The notes below the pieces were generated by a model. That model saw only the letters and a list, made by a program, of their open reading frames with translations. It did no database searches and was not told where the DNA came from. A stretch of 58,751 bases of DNA from Eledone cirrhosa (taxonomy: Eukaryota). A program made the translations under genes and the position numbers. Positions 43,236-55,854 of the stretch are shown piece by piece. Location: positions 1 through 58,751 of the forward strand of contig CAXHJY010001075.1 of NCBI GenBank assembly GCA_964016885.1. Reading direction: 5' to 3'. Every line of letters starts with the position of its first letter. The first letter of the stretch is position 1.

Positions 43236-45904
43236 GTGTATGAAAAGGCATGCAATTGGGAGGGAGTTAGGCATGTGCTTTCGTGTCAATATATGTATGT
43301 ATGCGTGAATTTTCTGTACACGTATGTACCCATGTCTGTGACAGTAAGGAATCAAAATTTGAAGAGTCGGCGTTGAAAACAAGTGGGAATATTTTCCAAT
43401 AACCACTTGTTTGTTGAGAAAGCTTTCTTTCAAAGAGTAGGGAATCCCTCTTTTGCCTAATAAAACCATGTTCACATACTGTCTTACATATATATATATA
43501 ATATGTATATATATTTTGTATGTGTGTATGTATGTATGTATGTAAGTGCTACACTTGGCACATAATTCCAGATGTTGGGGCCAGTGTAAACATGTTTAAC
43601 ATGTATTTATTAAGGTCCGGGTAAACATAGTTATTGGGTATTTTCTGGTGTGACGTGTAACTCAAGACGATTTTGGTTGCTAATGACTAATAGGAGACAG
43701 AGGAGGAGAAATTAATTTACACGCGAGCGTGGATATGCCTCTTCGCATGCATGTAAATATATGCGTATGTGTCTGTGATACTGTGATATATATATATATA
43801 TATATATTTTATATATATATGTGTGTGTGTGTATTCATACATATATATATATATAAATACAAGTGTATATATATATACATATATATATCTGTGTGTGTAT
43901 GTATGTGTGTTTGTGTGTGAGTGTGTGTGTCAGTGTACCTATATATGCCTGTGTGCACACGCGAGTGTCTTTGAGTGTGTTGAAGCAGGGATCAATTTAG
44001 CCTGGAATAGACAGTATGAAAGAAAGAAACAGATAGAACGAGGAAGAGAGCGGCGGGATTGAAAGAGAGAGTGAGAGGGGGAGGGGGCATGTGTGCGTGG
44101 GTTTGGTTGTAATTGTGTGTGCGTGTGTGTGTATGTTTGGCGTGAAAGCAGTAAAGCCTTAAAATACACATGTATATACACACTGATCTGCAATTATAGT
44201 GTGACGCGCTTGTTCAACCTGTTAGAAATGGCAACTAAATATCACTCAAATTACGCTGTACTGCCTTACAATGGAAAGTGGATATATTAAATGTTTCAGA
44301 ATTAGGCACAAGGCCAGCAATTTTGGGGGAGGGAAAAGTTGATTGCATCGACCCTAGTGCTTCACTGGATACATATAATGTGATACTCATTGGTCGTTAT
44401 GAACTAGTCGCCTTCGATTATCGATTCGTTCAATTAATCGTAATTGACTAAACAGCAACATAATATTCTGTACAAACTGAGTCTACTAGTCAGCTTGTAT
44501 ACGATTGGATAAACTGCAAGGAGGTGCAGTTAATTCTCCTTCAGTTTATAATGTACAGTTTTAGAAACATAATATGCATATATTAAATTGTGAAGACATA
44601 TGTGCACTAATAAAAATATGAAATGGACACTGCTAAAGCTCTTTTGATCAATTGATTACTTACTCAAAATGCGTTAACTCAAAACGATTTCTTAAGTAAA
44701 GCATCAATAAATGCAAGTATGCGTTTTATCAAACGCAAGGAGATGGCCACAACTGGAGAACTTTGGAGAAACCTATAATCAACCTATGTCATCTTGGTGC
44801 CAGACAACAATAAATATCGCAACTCATATTCTTTTCAGTTTTTAACTGTTGAAATCCAATGATTATCCCAGGCAGGAGTTGAAATAAAAAAGAATGGGAT
44901 ACAACTACATATTACGTAATGTTTAATCCAAATATCTCTCATTTACATTATTCCACTGTATAACTCAGTAATTAAAATCGATTGCTTATCAATCTTGGAT
45001 GGATCGATGACTGCTACAGATCATATTTGCTTCACAATATCCCATACATTAATACACTAATTTCGCATCAAGTCGTTTAATAAAATTAGGAAATTACTAT
45101 GCATTACATAGTTGTATTATATATATGAATTTTTTTTACATGAACACAAAGTCACATATGCAGTGTAGATTCTGGAGGATCGTAGTGACTGGTTTACCAT
45201 ATTGTCAAATGTAAATATCACAATCATATCAAGCAACATGCTACGAAAATCAGCTATTGTTCTTTGGAAAATATCAATTCACAGATCATTCATTATCGGC
45301 TAAATTGCATAATCCCAGTATTCACCAAGCTTTTGAGAGCTGCCTAATGAATAAACAAAGCTTTTTAAGGCAGTGATACACAGAACAAACGGTGGTATTC
45401 AGTAAACCTATGTGGAGCTCATAGATTATTCGTAGAAATTAGATTCAAGCAACACACATCATGTTCAAAAAGAAATAGTATCAAAAGCACAACTCTATTA
45501 CTGTAAAAGCCAATGGAGCCGAACATGTCACTTGTGTTTGGACCATTATAGTCACCTCATTAGCTTTTCTCAATGACACATAAGGATATAAGTTATGCAA
45601 ATTTGTGAAATAGTTCATGTTACGAATTGCGTTCACTGAAAAAAACACACGAAATGTTAAACAATTGTAAATACAGGTATCATTTGTTTTAAAAAAGGTG
45701 TTGGGTTAAATGCAAATAAATAATTACACAAATTTGCAATAATAAGCAAATTATGATACAGATTTTGTCTCTCACTGAACTTCAAAGAAGCAAGGCAGCG
45801 TCAATGACTAATAATCTACATCCCTAGAGGTCCACGGAAATGAACTTACCATTATGAACACCTGGGTTCTAATGATATACGAGTATTAAGTAGGAATATT
45901 GTGG

Positions 45905-46160
45905 AGGCGAGTGATTTAATGGTTAATGTGTTTGACTCACGATAATAAGGCCGTTGATTCAAGTTCTGGTCAAAGTGTGGCGTCGTGCTATACAGCAGGA
46001 GAGTTCATTTCACTTTGCAGCCCATGATAGGACTTATACAACTCTGGAATGCTCAGTCACTTGCACGTTAATATCACGAGCAGGCTATTCAGTAAGTCAA
46101 CTAACAAGAACACACCGCATCAGACCTGGCGAAGGTTCAACCCACACGCACGCGTCTATT
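45905..46160 (+). mobile_element. Old tRNA-derived SINE-like remnant
   Basis: ggcgagtgatttaatggttaatgtgtttgactcacga..gattcaagttctgg. Confidence 0.5.
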
Positions 46161-46753
46161 TTTCAGTTATATATTTTTGTTAATCGAAGTTTTAGTTTGA
46201 TGGAGTAGAGACAGATGCAATTTGATTGTTCTTATATAAGTCTAATGTCTTACTTTCTTCATATTAACAATGTTTATATCAGTGTTGATGGACCGTTACT
46301 AAAGTCTGTTATACTGAGCGTTGCTCTGTTTATTGAATTTGAAATGTAATTGTTCTAATTAAAACTGATTTTCCCGGTTATCTTATTACATTGTGTCTAG
46401 TGAACATATTGACAATGTTTGTTAGCAAGAGTTTTATATTTTATTTCAGGCTAGATTAGAAATCCACGGCTTAACGCCGAACTAAGAAACCATTACCTGT
46501 TTCGTCAAAATGTTCATTCAGCCAGAAGGTCGGTTTAGTATAGTTTATGTTTAATGGCTTCAAATGTTTTGTAGTTATGGTCAGAGGTCTTGCGTTGCTA
46601 ACGAAACTCCTCTTGTCTCCCATAAAACAATATTGACCTGTGGCTTAGCCAAAAGAAATTACTATCATTTTTTAATAATATGTTGCTCTTAACTAGTATG
46701 CCCACACACGCATACGCAGACAAACATACACACACGAACACAAACAAACACAC

Positions 46754-46905
<152 letters not shown>

Positions 46906-46989
46906 AGATAAACAGGCAGTCGGTGAAAGCTATTCTCTTTCCCCATTGATTAAGTTAAAACACTGGAAAAAGAACAGCTGAGGACAACT

Positions 46990-47375
46990 TACGATGCTCG
47001 TGTGGGGTAAACGAGGAATGCCTCTACATGGAAATCCGCAGTTACACCAACTGTAAATGCCCCCACCATGTGAACTCTATATGGATATGGCGTGAGACCA
47101 CTATAAACAGCGTTACTGCCCATATATTGCGTCATTTAGATACCAACAGATGAGAAAAACAACTGCACTGGTCACCCGAATATGGGCTTTTAAAGACATA
47201 CCATGCAACGTAGTATGGAACGTCTAGAGAAGACCAAGCCCTACATTAAAGAAATGAAAAGGCTTTCGCGTTTTACTAGTGCGAAATACAGAATATTACA
47301 GGGTTTAGTGCCCCCCACACATATCAACAATTAAACCAAAATATTTAGAAAACGACCACACATGAAAACACACCT
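46990..47375 (+). pseudogene. Highly decayed PLE GIY-YIG endonuclease remnant
   Basis: Manual translation ELYMDMA*DHYKQRYCPYIASFRYQQMRKTTALVTRIWAFK parallels YVGATSAEFKFRWNNHNHSFKR..STSLSHLTWNLK at 50699-51094. Confidence 0.5.
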
Positions 47376-48265
47376 AATCACAGCATGTGCCAGTAATATC
47401 ACAAACTTACAACTACATTAAAATAACCACACACCACTATACATACTTTTTCATGCACTTACATATATATATATTACGTTTCGCAAACTCCACTTAATAT
47501 ATTAACAATAAACTTAAGAAAATAAACACAAAATTTGCAAGAATTATTCCCCGTGAATAAGAAAAAAAAAATACAATGAACGAGATTTCATACAGATAAC
47601 GACACCGATCTTTGGTTTTATAGGTGCCTGTGTGAATGTCTCGCATAAGGCATTGCAAATGCTCAAACTAAATCAAATGCCGGATTTAAAACCAATGGTA
47701 GCAGCAAATACATGTTGAACACACATATACTAAAATGTTCCTGCTCTGTATAATGTAAAGAGCGCTCTATTTTCTTTATCTGCTCTACAGAATCTTTCAA
47801 AACTCATATATATATATGCATTTTTAGTTGTGTTTTTAGTTGTTAATTTCGTGCTTACTACTCTTGTTGATATAATGTATAACGTTGGAATAAAATATAA
47901 TAAAACAGTGCTCTGTAGCAGATAATCGTAAAATAATTTTTACTAAAATGACAATATTGGTGGAAAATCACACATTCAAGATCTATAATATTCCATCTGA
48001 TATCTTATAATATGTAGAACATATTTTAAAACACATAAGATCAGAAAAAATAATCTTAATAAATATAAAGTTTTCTATCAAGCAAAATGCCATATATTTT
48101 GGCGGTGAATTTGGCGGCGAATCATGAGAACTATTAATATAGTGATTGGCACTATATGTTCTGGCTTTTTTGTGGTCTGCATTCAAACCAAAGCGTGCTC
48201 AATTCTGCTTTACATCATTTCGTGATTTATAAATAAATTACCAGCCCTGTAACGGGGTGAATTTC

Positions 48266-48393
<128 letters not shown>

Positions 48394-48461
48394 TTATTTA
48401 AATAATCTATTATTATTATTAAATAATTTATTATTATTACTATATATATATATATATATAT

Positions 48462-49320
48462 TTCGTTTCTAAATTTGAATTTGTTTAGCATGATTCTTTA
48501 TCTGAAAACGTGTGTTGAAATCGATATTGTTATGCTGTTTTGAGGGTCATGTTGCCAATAAGAAACACACGCACCAGTTGCTTTTACTCCAATTTATTAT
48601 AAATTAAATTTATAAATTTAAGAATTTATAAATTTCCGCTTGGTTGGTTGGTTCCACAACCGGACGGTTGTTCATATATTGTCAAAGTTCTTTCGTCAGA
48701 CATTCTGTGACCTCTTCAGTGACTGGGGATTCTTTTCTTTGTTTTTGTGCCTCTCCTTTGTTCTGTCCTACGCCATCTTGTTTTTGTGTGTGTTGTGTGC
48801 ATAGTTTGCGCATGTATTACATCCGGGTGTCTGTGTGTGTTTATATTTGTTTATTTATTTGTTTATTCACATGTTACTGGTTGGTTGTTTGTTCTATGTG
48901 TGTGTGTGTTTTCATTTTGTCCTTAATTGTAAGTTGTGATGTTGCTGTTCCATTCATGTTTTCTATTTAATTTTGGTTGGAGTTCATTTATGTTTATTGC
49001 CTCTGTGATTTGTCTAAACATTGAGTCTTTTCTGTGTGTAGATTCTATTTTTATTTCTATGTCCTCTAATTTACCCTTATGTTCTATTTTAGCATGTTGG
49101 TCCACCAACATGCTAAAATAGAAAAGAATCCCCAGTCACTGAAGAGGTCACAGAATGTCTGACGAAAGAACTTTGACAATATATGAACAACCGCCCGGTT
49201 GTGGAACCAACCAACCAACCAACCGGAAATTTATAAATTTGATACATAATAAATTGGAGTGAAAGCAACTGGTGCGTGTGTTTCTTATTGGCAACATGAC
49301 CCTCCCAAAGCATAACAATA
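48462..49320 (-). mobile_element. 5'-truncated PLE: GIY-YIG C-terminus, pseudo-LTR and inverted pseudo-LTR
   Basis: ORF 48923-49111 HAKIEHKG..RQITEAINI...LNRKHEW; 48523-48738 inverted at 49121-49321; HHR-like motifs at 48681-48723 (-) and 49135-49177 (+). Confidence 0.8.
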
Positions 49321-49349
49321 TATATATATATATATATATTTACAATGAT

Positions 49350-52196
49350 AAAAAATAAATGGAAACTATATTTATAAAACCATATTTATTCTATTATATA
49401 TATTTCAAGGGTACCAAAACACTTTGGTACGCTTTCATCAGATAAAATACAAAGGGTGTTTTATAAATTTTGACATAGCCAAGGATAATCATACCTTATC
49501 AGTTGAATATGCCCTGGATAGTGAGAATATAGAACGTATTTTTCAAACTTATGGATGAATATGCAAATGAATATGTAAATAATTGAAAAACCGTTATTTT
49601 AAACGCTATGGAAAGTTTAGATATATAATAATAAGAGAGAAAGAAGAAGGAAAAAAGAAAAGGAAAGATAAAGGAAGACCACATATAACGTTAATTTTGG
49701 GGAAATGTATTCGAACATTTATCTATGTATATATTTATATGGAGAAATTATGTTTGTAAGTATTTATCTTATTATATTGTAGTGAGTTAAATATATATCT
49801 ATCTATATATATTTTAATAGCATAATTTACAATTATTAGCTACGAGGGGTGTTGATTTTGTGTTTTAAGTAGATAGATAAATAAATAAATAAATAAATAA
49901 ATATGTAGTTCATGTTTTAGGTGGTTGTTCTAATATATTTTACGAGAGATGTTGATTTTGTATTTTATGTAAATAAATATGTAGGTAAGATTGAGAATGT
50001 TTTAAATTAAATTAAATTAACGGAGTTAAGTATAATATTTATATGATTGAAAAGGAAATATAACTCCGATTTTATTTTTTGATCGTTAATGTGAGATTAC
50101 TTAATTATTTATTCTAATGAAATATGGATATTTAGGATACATTTTGCTAGAATCAGTTAATGGTTATTAATCTACGTTTAAAGAATAGCTTTAGAGGGTG
50201 CCATTGTACTTAATAAAGAATTAAGAAATTTAAAAAAAAATTGAAAAATTAAAAATTAAAAAATTAAGAATAAAAATTAAAAAGTTAAAAAATAAAAAAA
50301 ATAAAATAAAAAAATTAAAATAATTAAAAAATTAAAAAATTAAAATTAAAGTTAAAATTTAAAAATTAGAATTATATACGTATATATTATAAGACATTTT
50401 AAAAAGTAGAAGTACTACAAATATTAGAGTTATTATGATTTAGAGATATCAATATATTAAAAATAAATTGTTAAAGCAGATAGGATTGTTTTGAAGATTA
50501 ATAGGAATATTATAAGTGTAATTATAAGTTACATATAGTTCTGAATGTCGAATTCTGGCGATGTCTACAAGAACTGAATAATTCTGTTCTGAGATTAATA
50601 GAGTTTTGACAGTTAATTATATAAAAAATGTCTTCAATACACAATTTACAGAATCTTGATAAAGCCGTGTTTCGGTATGCAGGTGCTTTCGAAATCGTTT
50701 ACCAAGATATTGAATAGTCAATATTCTTGCTTTTTAAGTTCCATGTAAGGTGTGAGAGGGAAGTAGAAGACTTTTTATCAGATCTTTTAAAAGAGTGATT
50801 GTGGTTATTCCAGCGAAATTTAAATTCTGCAGAAGTGGCACCGACATAGTTAAATATATTTTCACTAGTTTTAACTGTGCATTTATAGACTACGTTTTTA
50901 TCTAAACACTTATTTTGTAAAGGGCAGTTTGATTTGATTCTACAGTTAAATTGTGTACAGTTGTTTTTACAGGGAACGGTACTATTAGGTTGGATATTGC
51001 TAGAAATATTATTATTGCTATTATGGTTATTTTGGTTAGGGTTTAAATTTAAGTTTCTATTATTAATTCTATTCATATTTTGAGCTATGTTCATAGTAGT
51101 AGAGTATGATAGTTTTATGGTATGTCAGTTAAAGATTGAGTGGTATCTGTGGGCTTTAGGGAAACATTTGTCTAGTGCTTTAAAGAATAGCTTTGCTAAA
51201 GATGTTTTAACGATTAATGAGAATGGGGGTGAATACCAAATAATATTTCTAGTTCTTTTATTTGTTTTAGAGTTTAAGTTAAATTATTTATTATTATTAC
51301 AATTAATAGTAGGGTGATTTGTCTTATTATTGTTGTCAATGTATTTAATTTTATTCATATACCCTGCTCTATTTAAAGATTCATTATAATATTCAGCCTT
51401 ATCATCAAAAATATTTTTATTAGCAGAGATGCGTGAGATTCGTTGTTGGACACTATTGACAATAGTGTTCTTAATAGATCTAGGATGATTAGAGTTAAAA
51501 CTTACGTAATTTAGATTCTCATTAATTTTATGGAATGGATAGTAGAGCCCTGTGCTAAGCTTTTATGTTACGTCTAAAAAGTTAACGATTATATAGTTAT
51601 TCTCTATTTCTAACTGAAAGTTATAATTATTGAAGAATTGTATTATGGATTTTCTTTTCCTATTAATTTCGCAATTGCTATGATTTTCAATTAAAAGAAG
51701 CATATTATCACGATATAAACCACCGGTCATCTCTGACATTTTTCTATGCAGTGTATTATTAATAAATAAGCCCACAAGATCCGTTATTTCCGCCGGGTCA
51801 GATGATCCCATGGCGATATCAAAATTATATTTTCTATCGGCTCTTGTCCAGAGAAGATTGTTGAATTCAATTAAAGAATTCAATTTGCATATTCATCCAT
51901 AAGTTTGTAAAATCCGTTCTATATTCTCACTATCCAGGGAATAGTCAACTGATAAGGTATGATTATCCTTGGCTATGTCAACATTTATAAAACACTCTTT
52001 GTATTTTATTTGATGAAAGCGTAGCAAAGTTTTTTGGTACCCTTGAAATATATCTAATAGAATAAATATGGTTTTATAAATATAGTTTCCATTTATTTAA
52101 TATCATTGAATATTTATTCCAGAAAAACTGTCGAGTGCTCTGAATCAGTTATAAACATTTATATTCGTTGGATTTCTAACAAATTAAATTTCCCTT

Positions 52197-52198
<2 letters not shown>
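49350..52198 (-). mobile_element. 5'-truncated Penelope-like retroelement (Naiad-like RT plus GIY-YIG) with inverted pseudo-LTRs
   Basis: RT FDIAMGSSDPAEITDLVGL..GGLYRDN (51563-51883); EN NCR..CPL..KCL..NVVYKC..YVGAT..FKFRWNNH..SF (50699-51094); 49350-49568 inverted at 51884-52100; HHR at 49390-49446 (-), degenerate copy at 52005-52061 (+). Confidence 0.88.
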
Positions 52199-52258
<60 letters not shown>

Positions 52259-52394
52259 ATACTTTGGGAGGGTCATGTTGCCAATAAGTAACACACGCAC
52301 CAGTTGCTCCCAAAGTATAACAATATCGGTTTCAACACACGTTTTCAGATAAAGAATCTTGCTAAACAAATTCAAAAGCGATATATATATATAT

Positions 52395-52995
52395 AAGTTG
52401 AAATAAAATGAAAACGAAATTTCATTTCTCACTCTTAGTACGGCACTTACTTAAATGTAAGTATGTGTGTATACGTACATACATATATGTATACAGACGT
52501 ACAGTAGCATGCATATATATATATATATATATACATACAGGTACACATACATATATGCACGTATCAGTTTAGCGGACGCTTATTATAACGCCGCTTTGTT
52601 CGTTTGTAAACAAACTGAACAGCCTGAATTTTATGCCGTACGGTGTTAAGGCAACCACGTCACCTTTTTGTTCAACACTGACACAGGAACGATGTACTAG
52701 TTTCAAGCTTGTTAGCTATCATCAGCACCGTATAACCTTCTGCCAGATAGTTGAACGTTCGAAAGTATATACTTTCCTTATGAAAATTAACGGCTGAGCA
52801 GCCTAATTTGCATATCGAGTGAGTTAAGTCGGTCAGGCATACCTAAAACGATAAGTTGAAATAAATTGAAAACGAAATTTCATTTCTCACTCTTAGTACG
52901 GCACTTACTTAAATGCAAGTATGTGTGTATACGTACATACATATATGTATACAGACGTACAGTAGCATGCATATATATATATATATATATACACA
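52395..52995 (-). mobile_element. ~458-bp non-coding unit plus terminal direct repeat, with HHR at 52689-52731
   Basis: aagttgaaataaa.tgaaaacgaaatttcatttctcactcttagtacggc at 52395 and 52853; reverse complement acggtg-CTGATGA-tagct(aaca)agctt-GAAAC-tagTA-catcgt. Confidence 0.85.
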
Positions 52996-53042
52996 TATAT
53001 ACATACAGGTACACATACATATATATATATATATATACAGGT

Positions 53043-53131
<89 letters not shown>

Positions 53132-53134
53132 CAG

Positions 53135-53206
<72 letters not shown>

Positions 53207-54514
53207 TTCCCCCTTTCTGTCTTACTGGACGAAATCGGTTCCGTTTAAATCTAGGCTGATACTCAAATAGGTTTCAAATGCCGAAAAGAGCGCTCCTCCG
53301 ATTCGATCAAGTAATCATTGCCCAAGGCATGACATGCTAGTGTTTCACTGGCATATATTTATCGACCACGTGTACGTGAACGCAAGGCGAATTCTGTGTG
53401 TAGGTTAACACTGAATGTAAAATATAAATCATTGTTTTCAACTCACTACAGATTCTGCCATCCACACCAATGTTATAATTAATGACGTAATAATAGCTAA
53501 TGACTATGTTGTGCACAAGTAAGATGAAATTGTAGGGAATCCCACTATGTTAATTAAAGAATTGAATACATTATTGCATGGGAGAAATGAATGCATCATA
53601 TCACTCTAATTGCTGCAACTGGAATGACAGAAAAGCGATTCTGTAAACTGTGTTCCAGAAGATTGCATTCTGAGAATGAAGAATTGAGTAAGCCCTTTAA
53701 TGAATGGAAATGTGGATAAGATGCCCCAATTAGTGTATGTATCGTGTTCACATAGGCTAGGCTATAGAAGTGTGAACTATGCTGCTAACTAATTTAGATA
53801 AAATTAATCCGATTTAGGAAACGTATAAGGAATAATGAAATAATATGCATATACGTGGATTAGCTGTTGTAGAGTATTAGTGAATATATCTTTTAATTAA
53901 CAGGATTTTGCATATATTTTCTGGACTAGGAAAATGACTTTGTAACATGTGTATCCACCCTTGTTAGTATTGTGTACACTAACATGTGGGAAGGCATGCA
54001 ATACAGTGGTTAGTGTCTTCGTCTTATGATCGTAAGGTCATGAGCTTGATTCCTGGTGGTGTCTTGTGTATTTGACCAAAGCCCATTTTCATCTTGCCCG
54101 AGATTACTATGCTGGAAAAAGGATTTTTAACTGTACTTCGAAAGGTCTCCGTTGTCAGAATGTGTTTCACAGTCAACCATCCTAAAAATTCCGTTAAGAA
54201 TGTAGGTATTTGCATAATATTCAACCACTTGCATGTTAATTTCAATTTATCTATCAACTGTAACACAGTGAAGCAGCGTGGTTCAGTAGATCCTGCAGCC
54301 GGCTTGAAAGTGGTATGATGACAAGTAGATGTAAAATCAGTCGGCTGGATTTTGTAGATGACATGGTATTACTTATCTCAACGGATGGTGATCTCCGACA
54401 TGAAATTGATAGGATTTGATGCCGAGTGCTGCATGGCTGGAATGAAATTCAGTGCTGCAAATTCTGATACTCTCGCCCTCTCAAGAAAGCCTGCGCAGTG
54501 TGCTCTATATATGC

Positions 54515-54726
54515 TGGAGTTCCACTGAAGAAGGGGAATAATTTCAAGTGTCTCGGGGCCGTCTTCATCAGTGATGGAAGGCATGAGGCGGAATTAAGTG
54601 CAAGAATTGCAGGAGCACTTTCAGTAATGCGCCAACTTCAGCATTCGTTAATCAGAAGAAGGACGTAGGTGTGAAAGCAAAACTAACTATCCTCAATTCG
54701 GTATTCGCGCCAACCCTTACCTATAA
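54515..54726 (+). pseudogene. RTE-like LINE RT C-terminal fragment
   Basis: Manual translation NNFKCLGAVFISDGRHEAELSARIAGA..VMRQL / VKAKLTILNSVFAPTLTY resembles the FKYLG...RI..A...K......PTLTY region. Confidence 0.65.
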
Positions 54727-55052
54727 CAACGAAATCAAAAGCAATAATAGAGCAACCACAACAAACAACAACATCAATGAAAATAACGTCAGCTACAACA
54801 ATAATAACAATGAGGACAACAACAGCAAAAATGACCAGACCCGCAGCCATAACTATAAGAATAACAGCAATAACAAAAACAATCAGAACAACGGCAGCTA
54901 CAGCAGTCACATTTACAATAACAACGGCAACTACTGCAATAATAACAACAGCAACAACGACAATAACAATGAAAAAATGCCAGCTACAACAGTAATAAAA
55001 ACAACAACGAAAACAACTATAACAACAACAACAACCATGACATCAACAACAT
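54727..55052. repeat. Degenerate (AAC)n tract
   Basis: Direct reading. Confidence 0.85.
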
Positions 55053-55657
55053 TGACCTCTGTTCTCATTCTTTTCTGACACTCAAAAACGTGTGACACGA
55101 GTCGTTGGTTTTTTTTGTTTCTTTTTTTAAAATTTAATTTCTTTTATTAGTATTAGATGTTTAGTGAGTGACTTGTAGAAAGAAGACATAAAATGATGAT
55201 GATGAGGAAGATGATGACAATGACAGCAATGATGATGATGTTGATGATTATTGTACGTATTGCTCGAGATTCTCATATATATTTTTATTGTGTTGTATCA
55301 GATGAAAGAATGGGATTTAACTAATGTATTGGTACGCGATGGGGCGCACCCAAAGCCCCGGCGGGCAGAATGGACGAGACGTTTCCCCGGGTGATGGCAA
55401 GGGAGAGGCGCTGGAAAAGGCACTCCAACTCGCGGGGCTCACAGCTGCGGCTGGCCAGCTCAGCGCCTATGGTGGTGAGTAAGGAGGTAGCCCTGGGGCC
55501 GAGGACACCAGAAGCTCCACTGCCAGGGGAACGACCGCAAACCTGTCGGAGAGCGACCGGTTTGAGGAGTTTGGCCCTTCAGCCCGACGTGCAGTTGTAG
55601 TTGTATTCATTTTTTATATTGATATTGTTCTTTTTCTTGTTATTTTTAATATTTGCA

Positions 55658-55835
55658 AGGCGGGAGTGTTGCTTGTAACGGTAGAGCGTCGGAAACATGC
55701 TTAGTGGCATATAATAATGGCCCTTTACGGTCTCACTCCAAATCCCACCGAGACTAGTTTTACCTTTCATACTCACGCGGATCGATAAATAAAATACCAG
55801 TAATACACTAGTTCGTTATAATCGACTTTCTCTTA
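55658..55835 (+). mobile_element. Degenerate tRNA-derived SINE
   Basis: ggcgggagtgttgc..ggtagagcgtcgg..caaatcccaccgag..tttacctttcat..tcgataaataaaataccag. Confidence 0.72.
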
Positions 55836-55854
55836 TTCTTATCAAAAACCATTA

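Noticed and set aside
44400-45900. Possible host exons in unique-looking DNA
   Set aside because: No ORF of 60 aa or more and no recognisable motif; small exons cannot be excluded without transcript data.
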